The notes: generated by a model not told the origin, from the sequence alone. Counted from the first letter of the stretch, positions 37,950-47,761 are shown. The stretch: DNA of 64,000 nt from Patescibacteria group bacterium (GCA_041667185.1 JBAYFM010000006.1:6591-70590); one strand, 5' to 3'. Made by a program: numbers and translations.

Positions 37950-40079
37950 ATGCCGCACATCGATTTCGAAAAGGAACTGAACGCTGAACAGCTCGCGGTC
38001 GTGAAGAACGCCGACGGGCCGTGTTTGGTCTTGGCCGGCGCCGGCTCCGGCAAGACGCGGACCATCGTCTATCGCGTGGCCTATCTCGTGGAGCACGGCG
38101 TGGATCCGTCGAGCATCCTCCTGCTCACTTTCACCAACAAGGCCGCCAACGAGATGATGACCCGCATCGGCGAACTCCTCGGGCTCGCGGGCGACGCGCG
38201 GCCGGTCGGTCTCTGGGGCGGCACGTTCCATTCGGTCGCGAACCGGCTGCTCCGCATCTACGGCCGCCAGATCGGCTACGGCCAGAATTTCACCATCCTC
38301 GACGAAGAGGACGCTAAGGCGCTCATCAAGGCTTGTATCAAGGAGCTGAACCTCGACGCCGCCGGCCGCCGTTTTCTGTCGCCGGCCGGGGTCAAGGAGA
38401 TCCTGAGCTACGCGCGCAACTCGACCAAAGGCCTGGAGAAAGCGGTCGAACGGCACGATGCGCGGCTCGTTTCGGACCTCTCCAAGTTCACGGACATCGC
38501 CGCGCTCTACGAAAAGAAGAAACGCGCCGCGAACGCTATGGACTTCGACGACCTGCTCATCCGGCTCTACGAACTTTTGAAACAGGAACCGCGCCTGGCC
38601 GAACTTTTGTCCCAGCAGTTCCGTTACATCCTCGTCGATGAGTATCAGGACACGAATGCGCTCCAGGTGGCGTTCATCAAAGAGCTCGCGGGGCCGAAAC
38701 ACAATCTGCTTGTCGTCGGCGACGACGCCCAGAGCATCTATTCTTTCCGCGCGGCCGACGTGCGGAACATCCTGGATTTCCCGCAGCAGTTCCCGGACGC
38801 CAAGGTCTTCCGGCTGCAGACGAATTACCGCTCGACGCCGGAGATCCTCAGCCTCGCGAACGACATCATCGCCAAGAACGTCAATCAGTTCCCGAAAGAA
38901 TTGACGAGCGTGTCGAAAGGCCTGGAGAAACCAGCGGTCGTGCCGGCAGTCTCCGCTTCGAAGGAGGCGCAGTTCGTGTTCAATAAGATCGAACAACTGC
39001 TCGAATCCGGCGTGCCGGCGCGTGAGATCGCCGTGCTCTTCCGCGCCACGCACCATTCGCAGATGCTGGAGTTCGAACTCATGAAAGCCGCTCTGCCTTA
39101 CGACTACCGCGGCGGCCTGAAATTCTTCGACCGCGCGCACGTGAAGGACACGCTGGCGTTCCTGCGTCTCACGGTCAATTTCAGCGACGAGGCCGCCTGG
39201 CTCAGGGTGCTGGGACTTCAGGAGGGCATCGGCGATGTCTCGGCTGGCAAGATCTTCGAGGCTCTGCGCGCCGCCGGCAGTCTCGCCAAGTCCATTCTCG
39301 CGCCCATCGAGCAGCAGTTCGGCAATCGCGTGGCCCGCGGCTGGAAGGATCTGCGCGACATCCTGGAGGCGCTGCACGCGGCGGGCGGCAAGCCGGCCGA
39401 CCTCATCAAGGCTGTGACGACCTCGACCTACATCGATTATCTTGAAGCCGAATATCCGAATTACCGCGAGCGGCTGGAGGATCTGGACCAGCTCGCCGTG
39501 TTCAGCCGGAATTACGAGAAGGTCGAGGATTTTCTCGCGGACGTCACCTTGGACGACGGCGTCTTCGGCGGCGCGCGCGAACTCAAAGCCGGCGGCGGCC
39601 GGCGCGCCCCGTCGCGCGGCGACCGCATTGTGCTGTCGACCATCCATCAGGCCAAGGGGCTCGAATGGGACGCGGTGTTCATCATCCACCTGAACGACCA
39701 GTCGTTCCCGAACCGCAAGGCCGCGGCTGAACAGGGTGGTCTCGAAGAAGAGCGGCGCTTGTTCTACGTCGCCGTGACGCGGGCGCGCAAGTGGCTGTTC
39801 CTGAGTTATCCCGCGGCTATGGGCGGGCGCGAGGGCGGTTTCGATTACGCGCCGCCGTCGCTGTTCCTCGAAGAGATCGACGTTGCTTGCCTGAAGGACG
39901 GCGCCTGTCTCGCGGGCCGTCGCACCGGCAGCCGCTCGGGTGGCGACGATTGGTCCGATCCGGGATTCGACGATGAGTCGGTCGAAGTTGATCAGACGGG
40001 GGAACTGAAGGAAGTGGGGGAGCGGATGAAGAGCGTGAATGACGACTGGAAGAAAAAAAGCTTTTTAAGGGATGTTTGA
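37950..40079 (+). CDS. ATP-dependent DNA helicase, UvrD/PcrA/Rep family
   Basis: Walker A AGAGSGKTRT, motifs Ia/II (VDEYQDTN), VGDDAQSIYSFRAA, TIHQAKGLEWD. The start was trimmed to MPHIDFEKEL. Confidence 0.88.
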   Translation: MPHIDFEKELNAEQLAVVKNADGPCLVLAGAGSGKTRTIVYRVAYLVEHGVDPSSILLLTFTNKAANEMMTRIGELLGLAGDARPVGLWGGTFHSVANRLLRIYGRQIGYGQNFTILDEEDAKALIKACIKELNLDAAGRRFLSPAGVKEILSYARNSTKGLEKAVERHDARLVSDLSKFTDIAALYEKKKRAANAMDFDDLLIRLYELLKQEPRLAELLSQQFRYILVDEYQDTNALQVAFIKELAGPKHNLLVVGDDAQSIYSFRAADVRNILDFPQQFPDAKVFRLQTNYRSTPEILSLANDIIAKNVNQFPKELTSVSKGLEKPAVVPAVSASKEAQFVFNKIEQLLESGVPAREIAVLFRATHHSQMLEFELMKAALPYDYRGGLKFFDRAHVKDTLAFLRLTVNFSDEAAWLRVLGLQEGIGDVSAGKIFEALRAAGSLAKSILAPIEQQFGNRVARGWKDLRDILEALHAAGGKPADLIKAVTTSTYIDYLEAEYPNYRERLEDLDQLAVFSRNYEKVEDFLADVTLDDGVFGGARELKAGGGRRAPSRGDRIVLSTIHQAKGLEWDAVFIIHLNDQSFPNRKAAAEQGGLEEERRLFYVAVTRARKWLFLSYPAAMGGREGGFDYAPPSLFLEEIDVACLKDGACLAGRRTGSRSGGDDWSDPGFDDESVEVDQTGELKEVGERMKSVNDDWKKKSFLRDV

Positions 40080-40245
40080 GGAGCGCGGCGCGAGCGGAAC
40101 TGATCAAGAATAAGCGCCGCTCGCGAGATCTCGGCGGACGGCGAATCGTCCGACGAGGGGGGGAGGATATCCAGAGCAGACCTGCCGCAACCGCGGCGGG
40201 TTTTAGGTTCGGATCGGGCGATTTGCGTCCGGCTGGGATGGTGGC

Positions 40246-40274
40246 TTGACAATTAGCCCGAAATCGGGTATTTT
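40246..40274 (+). promoter_or_regulatory. candidate sigma70-like promoter TTGACA-N17-TATTTT
   Basis: Consensus -35 with 17-bp spacing, ~30 nt upstream of the 40304 ATG. Confidence 0.4.
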
Positions 40275-40303
40275 AAGCTGTTCTTTAACAAAGGGGGACT
40301 ACA

Positions 40304-40750
40304 ATGTCTGCATACGCTGGTGTGTTCTTTGGCGCGTTCATCATCTTTTTGCTCGGTGTCATCGTCAACACAGTGGTCAAATCCGTCGGGAAACAGGGGG
40401 ATGACGCGACGATCTCCAGAGTCCTGGTCTGCTGCATGTTCCTTCTGGGCATCATGGTCGCGACCACGTCTCTCGCGGTCAACAGATTCGGCCAGGCCCG
40501 GTTCAGCCACATGCTCGAGGTCGGCCAGGTCCAGGAGGTGCTCGGCGCCTTCACGCTCGAAGACGGCCGTTCTTTCGCCCTGTTGCGCGATCAGAGCGCC
40601 GGCACTGATGTCGTGTACTACGAGCTCGCTCAGCCTCTGCCCGCCGCCGCGAAATGCGTGATCTTCACGCATGAAAGAGAAAAGACTTTCCAGGATCCGA
40701 CCGGCGGCAGAGCTCTCGCGACCGTCGTCGATTGTCCCGCCAAGCAGTAG
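40304..40750 (+). CDS. hypothetical membrane protein
   Basis: Two N-terminal TM helices then a ~80-aa soluble tail. Confidence 0.5.
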   Translation: MSAYAGVFFGAFIIFLLGVIVNTVVKSVGKQGDDATISRVLVCCMFLLGIMVATTSLAVNRFGQARFSHMLEVGQVQEVLGAFTLEDGRSFALLRDQSAGTDVVYYELAQPLPAAAKCVIFTHEREKTFQDPTGGRALATVVDCPAKQ

Positions 40751-40798
40751 CTGCCGGCGGTCAGATCCTAGCGGACGCTGTCCATCCGCCGTCGCCTC

Positions 40799-40828
40799 GC
40801 CGCCGAGCTCAGCTCGGCGGTTTTTTTA
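40799..40828 (+). terminator. rho-independent terminator
   Basis: cgccgagctcagctcggcgg plus T7. Confidence 0.65.
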
Positions 40829-40926
40829 TTTGCTTCCGCCACGTCTAGTCCAACCTCATCATGACGCCTCGAATCCAAAAGAAAACCCGCCACGAGATCG
40901 TGGCGGGTCATTCTGATACGAACGGG

Positions 40927-41568
40927 TCAGGCTGTGAGGACGACCCAGGTGTCGGTTTGGCCGACGCAGTAGCCGAGCGGGATCATGGCTGGCATGAGCC
41001 TGATGAGCGGTGTCTGGATCCGCATTTCTTTCTTCGAACAGGTGATGGCGGCATCGAAGCAGCGGCAGAGGCAGGACCAGATCCCGAGGCTCAGGGATTT
41101 GCCGAGCTGCTGACCGCAGATGGCGTCGAGCAGCTTCGCAATTTCGGATGCGAGTCCTGTCCAGATCAAGTCAGCGAGCTTGCCGTTGTCGTTCACTTGT
41201 CTGATGGTCGGCTCGATGTCATCCAGGGTGCAGTTCGCCCAGCCGTTCACCGAGCGCTGAATGAATTCTGGTGACCCAGAAATCTCAAATGTGTTGCGGA
41301 CGTCGGTGACGACCTGAGTTTGCTGGTCGCGCAACGAGCGAGCCGAAAGACAGATGACATTTTTCACTTCGCGGTTGAGGCTCATGGCGAGGAGATCCCT
41401 GACGCCTTTTTTATTGATCTTCGAGGCAGGAGCCAGATTCAGGCAGCCGATGATCGAGGCTACGAACAGCGGGTCGGCGATTTTGATGACCTCATCCATG
41501 ACCAAGGGGTACTGCGCTTGTTTGATAAGCGTTTGTCTGAGCGCCACGGCTTTGCCTAGATAATTCAT
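40927..41568 (-). CDS. hypothetical cysteine-rich protein in a lower-GC islet
   Basis: Start at MNYLGK with a GGAGG RBS; C-terminal WSCLCRCFDAAITCSKK; local GC (~55%) is clearly below the window average. Confidence 0.45.
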   Translation of the reverse strand: MNYLGKAVALRQTLIKQAQYPLVMDEVIKIADPLFVASIIGCLNLAPASKINKKGVRDLLAMSLNREVKNVICLSARSLRDQQTQVVTDVRNTFEISGSPEFIQRSVNGWANCTLDDIEPTIRQVNDNGKLADLIWTGLASEIAKLLDAICGQQLGKSLSLGIWSCLCRCFDAAITCSKKEMRIQTPLIRLMPAMIPLGYCVGQTDTWVVLTA

Positions 41569-41777
41569 TGCAGCCTCCGTTTTTGCGTTGTTGTAAGGTA
41601 CGAGACGACGGACTCTAGCACAAATAAGCTTGATTGTCAATCCCGGCCGCTGTTGCGGCGAGGCGTGGTTGACCCGGCAGTCAGCGGCGCGATCTTTTGT
41701 TCGCGCGTCGGAACGGAAATATAAAATAAAAAAGAGACCCCTTGCGGAGCCTCTTTTGATCTTCGGGAAAGAGTCGC

Positions 41778-41882
41778 TTAGCGGCGGCGTTTCGCGGCCT
41801 TCTTGGACTTCTTCGCGACCTTCTTCGATTTCTTGGCGACTTTCTTCACGGCCTTCTTCGCCTTCTTGAGTTTCTTAGCCAT
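41778..41882 (-). CDS. 34-aa polybasic peptide (MAKKLKKAKKAVKKVAKKSKKVAKKSKKAAKRRR)
   Basis: Found by hand; it is below the 60-aa ORF-track cutoff. A (KKxA)n repeat. A minus-strand hairpin plus T-run terminator sits at ~41728-41758 directly after its stop. Confidence 0.35.
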   Translation of the reverse strand: MAKKLKKAKKAVKKVAKKSKKVAKKSKKAAKRRR

Positions 41883-42161
41883 AGTTGTAACGATGACCTG
41901 TTTGAGTAAAAACATTTCGACTTTTTTCAACTCGCGATCCTAGACAAGGGCGCGGCTGAATAACTGCTATAGTCATCGTAACACACGGACGCCTGCGGGC
42001 ACAAGAGTTTGGTCGAGCGTGGTGGCGTCAAAGCGGCGGACGACACGAGATCAGGACAATCCGGATCGGGTTCGCGTGTCTCGTTGTTGTCGTCTTGATT
42101 ATTTCCGTTTCGTATGCCAAGGTCTGGGTGGCGTTCTTTATTCAACAGAAAGGGGTTCGCC

Positions 42162-43136
42162 ATGACCTTGCTTAAGGGCACTCATCATGACCATATCGAC
42201 GGCTCAAGAGCCGTCAGCGACATCATTGATGATCTTTACCGGCTGGCCGGGAAGGACTTCCCGTTCCCGTCGGTCGAGGCCTGGCTCGCGTTCTTCCAGA
42301 ATCCGCAGGAGGATATCGTGAAGCGGTTCAACACCGTCACGAGCGTCCTGCAGAGCACTGAGGCGCTGGAGCTGCTCGGCTACGCTTACGGCCGACGGCG
42401 CGCCGCCGAAGGGCTGAAGTATGTCGAGGCCAAGTTCGCCCCGCAGTATCACGTGTTTGGCGGACTCGCGATGGCTGCCGTGGCCAAGGCCATGATCAGC
42501 GGTCTGAGGCGCGCGGAATGCGCTTCCTCTATCCGCATCCTGCCGGTGATCTGCATCGGCCGCGAGGCTGATCCGGCGACTGGCGTCAAGATCGCCAGGA
42601 TCGCGCTCGAGTACGACGGCGAAGCCGCGCTCGATCTCGTCTGCGACGAGGCGAACCACCCGCCGGAGAAGCATCTGCCGGCCTTCAAGTTGACGCAGGG
42701 CACGAAGGTCCGGCGCGACTGCCACGCCGGCGAGTGGGTCGCCAAAGAACCGGCCGCGACCTATCGCGAACGTTTGGTCCGGAACATCCGGACCGCGCTC
42801 TACGATCTTCGGGTCGACGGCATCGGCCAGGCGATCCCGTTGGCCGACGAACCAGAACTCATCAAGTTCATCGTCGGGAACGGCATCCGCGTCGCCGGCT
42901 GCCCGCTGTCGAACAAGTATTGCGGGCTACTGAGCGACGTGCGCGAATTACGCATCGGCGAGCTCCTGGATCAGGGCGTCATCTACACCCTGAACGCCGA
43001 CGACGACCTGTTCATGGCTTCTTTGCCCGAGGTCGCCGCAGTCTGCGACGCCGCTTACGGCTTCACACCGGAGCAGCAGCGCCAGCTCGAAGAGAACGTC
43101 TTCCGCGGCGCTTTCGCCGCCGACATCCGGCGCTGA
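42162..43136 (+). CDS. adenosine/adenine deaminase-family amidohydrolase
   Basis: HHDHIDGS (HxHxDG), CHAGE and LNADDDLF metal-ligand motifs typical of the adenosine deaminase superfamily. Confidence 0.7.
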   Translation: MTLLKGTHHDHIDGSRAVSDIIDDLYRLAGKDFPFPSVEAWLAFFQNPQEDIVKRFNTVTSVLQSTEALELLGYAYGRRRAAEGLKYVEAKFAPQYHVFGGLAMAAVAKAMISGLRRAECASSIRILPVICIGREADPATGVKIARIALEYDGEAALDLVCDEANHPPEKHLPAFKLTQGTKVRRDCHAGEWVAKEPAATYRERLVRNIRTALYDLRVDGIGQAIPLADEPELIKFIVGNGIRVAGCPLSNKYCGLLSDVRELRIGELLDQGVIYTLNADDDLFMASLPEVAAVCDAAYGFTPEQQRQLEENVFRGAFAADIRR

Positions 43137-43148
43137 GGACATCTGAAA

Positions 43149-43183
43149 TACCGCCACGCTCTGTGGCGGTATTCTTTTTTTTG
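43149..43183 (+). terminator. bidirectional rho-independent terminator
   Basis: accgccacgctctgtggcggt flanked by an A-run and T8. Confidence 0.6.
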
Positions 43184-43185
43184 GA

Positions 43186-43548
43186 TCAGCGGAAAAGGTT
43201 GAAGCGCTGGACGACGCCCAGGTAGCCGAGCGCCAGGACGAAGAAGGCCAGCAGGCCGGCCGCGATCGCCTTGTGCGGTCCGATCTTGGGAGCCAGCAGC
43301 GCGACGATGAGCATGTAGGGGACCCAGGCGATGATGGAGCCGATGAGGACGAGCCAGGCGTGCTGGGCCACGGCCGAGCCGCCGCGGGAGTCGCCGATGA
43401 AAAAATACGCCACGAGGGTGAAGACCGGGATGAGCGTCGCGAGACCCGACAAGAGCCGGTAGTTGCTCTGTTCGAGCGCGACGATCAGGGTCGTCACCGT
43501 GCCGCCGACGATGAAGTAAATGACCAGATTTTTCAGTTGGTCGGTCAT
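43186..43548 (-). CDS. hypothetical small membrane protein (4 TM)
   Basis: 120 aa, hydrophobic throughout. Confidence 0.5.
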   Translation of the reverse strand: MTDQLKNLVIYFIVGGTVTTLIVALEQSNYRLLSGLATLIPVFTLVAYFFIGDSRGGSAVAQHAWLVLIGSIIAWVPYMLIVALLAPKIGPHKAIAAGLLAFFVLALGYLGVVQRFNLFR

Positions 43549-43654
43549 AAGCTCGAGATCAATGATCGTATTATAGCAAGAGTCTGGTGATCAATGCCGC
43601 CGGGCGCGAGCGATGAAAAAACCGTCCGTTCGGCCGGGCGGTCGGCGCTAGCCG

Positions 43655-44518
43655 TTACGGAACGATGTAGGGCGCTTCGCGTTTGCCGGTCTTCGAGGCG
43701 ACATGCGCGATCACTTTGCGGATCGTCTCTGGCGCCACGCCGTAGCGCTTCGCGATCGTCCGTGCCGCCAGTCGACGGTCCCAGATGCCGGCGAGGATGA
43801 TGTCGATGGTCAGATAGTCGACGCCGAGCTCGCCTTCGTCGGTCTGGTCGGCCCAGAGTTCGGCGGTCGGTTTGCGTTTGAGGACGCTCTCCGGCAGGCC
43901 GAGCTGGGCGGCGAGCGCGTAGATCTGGACCTTGAAAAGATCGAGGAACGGTTCGAGCCCGGAGATGTTGTCACCGCCGATGGTGTAGTAGGCGAGGAGG
44001 TGCTCGGTCCGGTTCTCGGTGCCGATGAGGATGCCGCCGAACAGCGAGCATGTGTGTTCGAGGATCTTCATCCGCTCGCGGGCGGCCATGTTGCCGCGCT
44101 GGAGCGCGGAGTCGCCGCGCTCGCCGAGGACGTCCTTGGCGGCGCGCCAGCTCGCTTCCACCGCTTCGCCGATGTTGACGGTGTGGACGTTCACATCGGG
44201 GATGCCGAGCGCGGCCGCGATTTCGCCGGCGATCGTCACGGATTCGGTCGCGGGTCCGCAGGGCAGCCGGAGCACGATGACGTTCTCGGGTCCGATGGCT
44301 CTGGTCACGAGCGCTGCGGCCACGGCGGAATCGATGCCGCCCGAGAGTCCGATCACAGCTTTCTTGAAGCCGTGGCGCTGGAAATATTTCCGGATGAGTT
44401 TGGTTTTGGCCGCGATGAGCTTGTCGGCTTTTTGGGGCGGGAGCCGCAAATAATCCGGCGCTTTGGCCGGGTCGAGATAGGTGCGGTTGTCCTTGCGGCC
44501 ATGTTTTGTCATAATCAT
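43655..44518 (-). CDS. nadE: NH3-dependent NAD+ synthetase
   Basis: PP-loop IGLSGGIDSAVAAAL; 287 aa. Confidence 0.88.
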   Translation of the reverse strand: MIMTKHGRKDNRTYLDPAKAPDYLRLPPQKADKLIAAKTKLIRKYFQRHGFKKAVIGLSGGIDSAVAAALVTRAIGPENVIVLRLPCGPATESVTIAGEIAAALGIPDVNVHTVNIGEAVEASWRAAKDVLGERGDSALQRGNMAARERMKILEHTCSLFGGILIGTENRTEHLLAYYTIGGDNISGLEPFLDLFKVQIYALAAQLGLPESVLKRKPTAELWADQTDEGELGVDYLTIDIILAGIWDRRLAARTIAKRYGVAPETIRKVIAHVASKTGKREAPYIVP

Positions 44519-44524
44519 AATTTT

Positions 44525-44640
44525 TCCTTCAATTCTTTACTCTCCCAAACTCTGTCACGCCGTTCGAGAGCGACATATCTCCGTCTCTCCCGCACTCCTG
44601 CACTCCAGCACTCCGTCACTTCTTAATCCAATCTTATTTT
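44525..44640. repeat. dispersed repeat element (copy R9, degenerate core ACGCCGTTCGAGAGCGACAT)
   Basis: ...atctccgtctctcccgcactcctgcactccagcactccgtcac... Confidence 0.65.
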
Positions 44641-44792
44641 CAGGCTTTTATCGGAGGTCTGTCAAGCGGATCCGGTGCAAGCCTGTCGTCGGGCGTTCGG
44701 CGGATTTGGCAAATTGACCTTTGAACCGGAAACAAGTAGTTTGATGGCGTCATCTGCCAGAGCAGCAGCGTATCACAGAATGGAGGTCAGTC

Positions 44793-45197
44793 ATGGGACG
44801 TTCATTGAAAGAGAAGATTGCCACATCAGGATCGGGTCTCGTTCGCCGGATCCGCCGCTGGCTCGTTTCACCGCTCGCCGAATTTCAGGAACTGCGGCGC
44901 CAGCGCGCTCTGGTCAAACGCCAGTTGCAATATGCTCTGGCGACCCAGTATCTTGTCGGGCAATTGCGGTACCACGGCATCGAGGTGCTGGAATATGAGC
45001 CCGGCGATCACGGACCCAGAGTTCGGGCCAGAGTGCATCCGGAACAGTCCTGGGTCTACTGCCTCATCTATTCCGCCGTACGGCAGCATTTTCCCGGACT
45101 CACGGAAGCCGAACTCTGCGACGGGGCGGAACCGGGCGAACTCCTGACCGCGGCTCACGGTTTTCGCCGACGCGACCAGCCCGCCAGCAATAATTGA
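44793..45197 (+). CDS. hypothetical protein
   Basis: 134 aa; no motif recognised; flanked by repeat copies R9 and R10. Confidence 0.4.
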   Translation: MGRSLKEKIATSGSGLVRRIRRWLVSPLAEFQELRRQRALVKRQLQYALATQYLVGQLRYHGIEVLEYEPGDHGPRVRARVHPEQSWVYCLIYSAVRQHFPGLTEAELCDGAEPGELLTAAHGFRRRDQPASNN

Positions 45198-45239
45198 ACA
45201 GCTTCGTTTTTTCGATCTTCGGACGGCCTTGGGCCGTCT

Positions 45240-45345
45240 TTTTTTAGAAGTGACGGAGTCAGGAAGTGTAGGAGAGACGGAGTCGTTGAGAGATTCTCCC
45301 GAACTCCGTCTCTCCCTGACTTCGTCTCTCACAAAAAACCCCGCA
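45240..45345. repeat. dispersed repeat element (copy R10)
   Basis: gacggagtcaggaagtgtaggagagacggagtc...gaactccgtctctccctgacttcgtctctc: inverted arms. Confidence 0.7.
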
Positions 45346-45378
45346 GCGGAATGCTGCGGGGCGTAGAGTCGAAAGAAC

Positions 45379-47556
45379 CTACTTGGAGGAGCCGCGAACG
45401 AGCGCAATCAAGTCCTTGAAGGGCTTGCCGCGGTCGATGAGCGATCCCTCGACGGGTTCTTTGGTGTAGAAGGTCGCTTCGGTGGCGATGATGCGCTTGT
45501 CGGACGATTCGATGCGGATGAAGCCCACGCCGGTATCAACGGTCTTGAGCTTGTGATCCTCGAAGGCCGAACCACGCTTGATCGTACCGAGCTCCAGACA
45601 GACGCGCTGCCCGAGGTGGGCATCCCACATCTCGAGATGTTCGCTGACGTGGAAGTTGGCGCCCACGACGAGCTGGCTTTCCGCCGCCATCTCAAGCATC
45701 TCCTGCGGCCGGAGCGAAGTGGTCTTGGCCCGGCTCATGTGCGGATGCATGACGGAGACGCGGAGGCCGGACGGGAGATCGAACTCGCCGTTTTCCGGTT
45801 CCACGATCTTGCCGTTCACGAGTCCCATGAGGTGCGGAACATAGTACCCCTTCGCGTTGAGCAGGTCGGCGATCGCCTCGTAGACGCGCGTGGCGATGAC
45901 ATGTTTCATCACCACGAGCGGCGTGTGGCCGTCCCGGAGCGACCACAGGTCGTGGTTGCCGGGGATGACGACGAATGTCGGCAGCGACTGCTCGCAGATG
46001 CGAGCGATCTGGTCGGCCGCGGCGGTGCCGGAAGAGAGCTTCTCGATAGCCGTGTTGAAGCGGTGGTGGAAGACCTTCAGCAAGACCTTGGCGACGAGTT
46101 CGCCAGCCAGGGTCTCCTGCTCGGTGACGTTCATGGCCGCGTAGATCTCATCGAGGTATTTGTAACCTTCGACGAGGTCGCCGGCGCCGATGAGCATCTG
46201 CGCATCGCGTTCGATGATGGCTTTGGGCAGGGTATCGAGGAAATATCGGATGTCGGTCCGGATCGAGCCGGCGTGCAGACAACCGAACGCCACGATGGAG
46301 TCAGTGTGACACTCCTGAACCAGGGCCGGATAACGCAGATTTTCGCGCATCCAGTAGCTGTCGAAGTCCCAGCGTTTGGACTGGCTGTCGAAGCGCAGTC
46401 CGGGCCAGTTCTTCGGCTGCTTGCCGTAGCGGTTCGCGAGCGGCTTGAGTTCGGCTTCGACCGTCTCGCGGCTGAGCTTGGCAGCATCAGCCAGGAGGCC
46501 GGCGGACATCCGCCCGTGCTCCTTGAGGAGCGTGAGCAGCTTCTGCTGGCGCGGGGTCAGGCTCTTCGGCAACTCGATGTACGAGCGTTCGAGGCGCACG
46601 TAATCCTTGAAGCTGAAGCTCTTGACCACGGGGTCGCTGCGGTCGCGATGGACCGTCATGACGCGGACGCCGATCTGGTTCTCGTTGACCCGCACTTCCT
46701 GCAGACGATGCAGCACCGGGACCGAAACGTACGGCCGGGGCAGTTCGCCTGAAGGCTTGGTGATGGTCGCGCCGAAACAGCCGACGGCCTGGATGTCCGG
46801 GAGCTCGCGGGAGCTCTGGCGGCGCTTGTCTTTGAGGACGCGCTCGATCGGCGTCGAGAAGTAGTCGCCCCGCATCCACACGGATTTTTCGGGAACGAGC
46901 ACTTCGACGACCTTGCCAGCCTGTTTGATGGGTAGGCGGTCGCCGCCGGTCTGGTAGACGCGGATGTCAGTGTTGCGCAGCTCTGCGAGGAGCTGGGCCA
47001 CGGACTCACCGATCTCGCCGTCGTACGCCGGACTCGGGAAGATATACAACTTGATCTTCTCGCCCTTGGCGTTCGTGAAGACGGGGAGGGACTTGGCAAG
47101 GCGTTCGGCCATGCGGTCGGGTTCGAACTCATCGAGATACGACTGGAACCGCGCTGCCGTGGCTTCAAGCATCTCGATGTCCTTCGAATCGGCCGTGACG
47201 GGCTCGGCGTCCTTCTTGGTTCGGCGCTTGCCGGCGGCCTTGTTGGGCTTTCGCGCTGTCGGCTTCTTGGTCGTGGCCGCGGCTTCCGCCTTGGCCTGCG
47301 CCTTCTCGTCTTTCTGGATCCGCTTGATCAGCTTGTTGATCTCGTTGATCCGCCTCTTGAGCTTCAGCGTCTTCTCCCGGACGTACCGGGCGGCGATGAG
47401 ACCGCCAGCGAGGACGACGAAGTGGACGTCTTCGCGGCTGAACGTTTCGGCGGCCTGCTCGAGCAGGGCCTGGCGATAACCGTCGCTCGGAAAATCAATC
47501 CGGGAAATCAGACCGATGCGGGTCGACGAACCACTGCTATTGTCGGTGGGCATCAT
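45379..47556 (-). CDS. large multidomain protein with a winged-HTH and a divergent C-terminal calcineurin-like metallophosphoesterase; function unknown
   Basis: C-terminal motifs GAGDLVEG (GDxxD), VIPGNHD, MHPH, GANFHVSEH. Central RQQKLLTLLKEHGRMSAGLLADAAKLSRETV. A K-rich coiled linker. An N-terminal degenerate phosphoesterase-like segment (RIGLISRIDF...VVLAGGL). The start was trimmed to the ATGATG with an AGGAGG RBS. Confidence 0.6.
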   Translation of the reverse strand: MMPTDNSSGSSTRIGLISRIDFPSDGYRQALLEQAAETFSREDVHFVVLAGGLIAARYVREKTLKLKRRINEINKLIKRIQKDEKAQAKAEAAATTKKPTARKPNKAAGKRRTKKDAEPVTADSKDIEMLEATAARFQSYLDEFEPDRMAERLAKSLPVFTNAKGEKIKLYIFPSPAYDGEIGESVAQLLAELRNTDIRVYQTGGDRLPIKQAGKVVEVLVPEKSVWMRGDYFSTPIERVLKDKRRQSSRELPDIQAVGCFGATITKPSGELPRPYVSVPVLHRLQEVRVNENQIGVRVMTVHRDRSDPVVKSFSFKDYVRLERSYIELPKSLTPRQQKLLTLLKEHGRMSAGLLADAAKLSRETVEAELKPLANRYGKQPKNWPGLRFDSQSKRWDFDSYWMRENLRYPALVQECHTDSIVAFGCLHAGSIRTDIRYFLDTLPKAIIERDAQMLIGAGDLVEGYKYLDEIYAAMNVTEQETLAGELVAKVLLKVFHHRFNTAIEKLSSGTAAADQIARICEQSLPTFVVIPGNHDLWSLRDGHTPLVVMKHVIATRVYEAIADLLNAKGYYVPHLMGLVNGKIVEPENGEFDLPSGLRVSVMHPHMSRAKTTSLRPQEMLEMAAESQLVVGANFHVSEHLEMWDAHLGQRVCLELGTIKRGSAFEDHKLKTVDTGVGFIRIESSDKRIIATEATFYTKEPVEGSLIDRGKPFKDLIALVRGSSK

Positions 47557-47761
47557 GTCGTGCCTCCTTTGGGGTTTGGTTGTCAAAGTACTGCTGGCGC
47601 CGGATGCGCCGCCTCGCGGCCTTCGCGAGGTTCATAGCACCTTAGAAAGAAGGCGAGGTTTTGTCAATCGGATTTTTAGGCCGGGGCATCTTGCCAAAAA
47701 GCCGAAAATAGTGTATGGTCTCATGAACTGATTTTTCGTTGATCAGGCCAAATTTGAGGCT

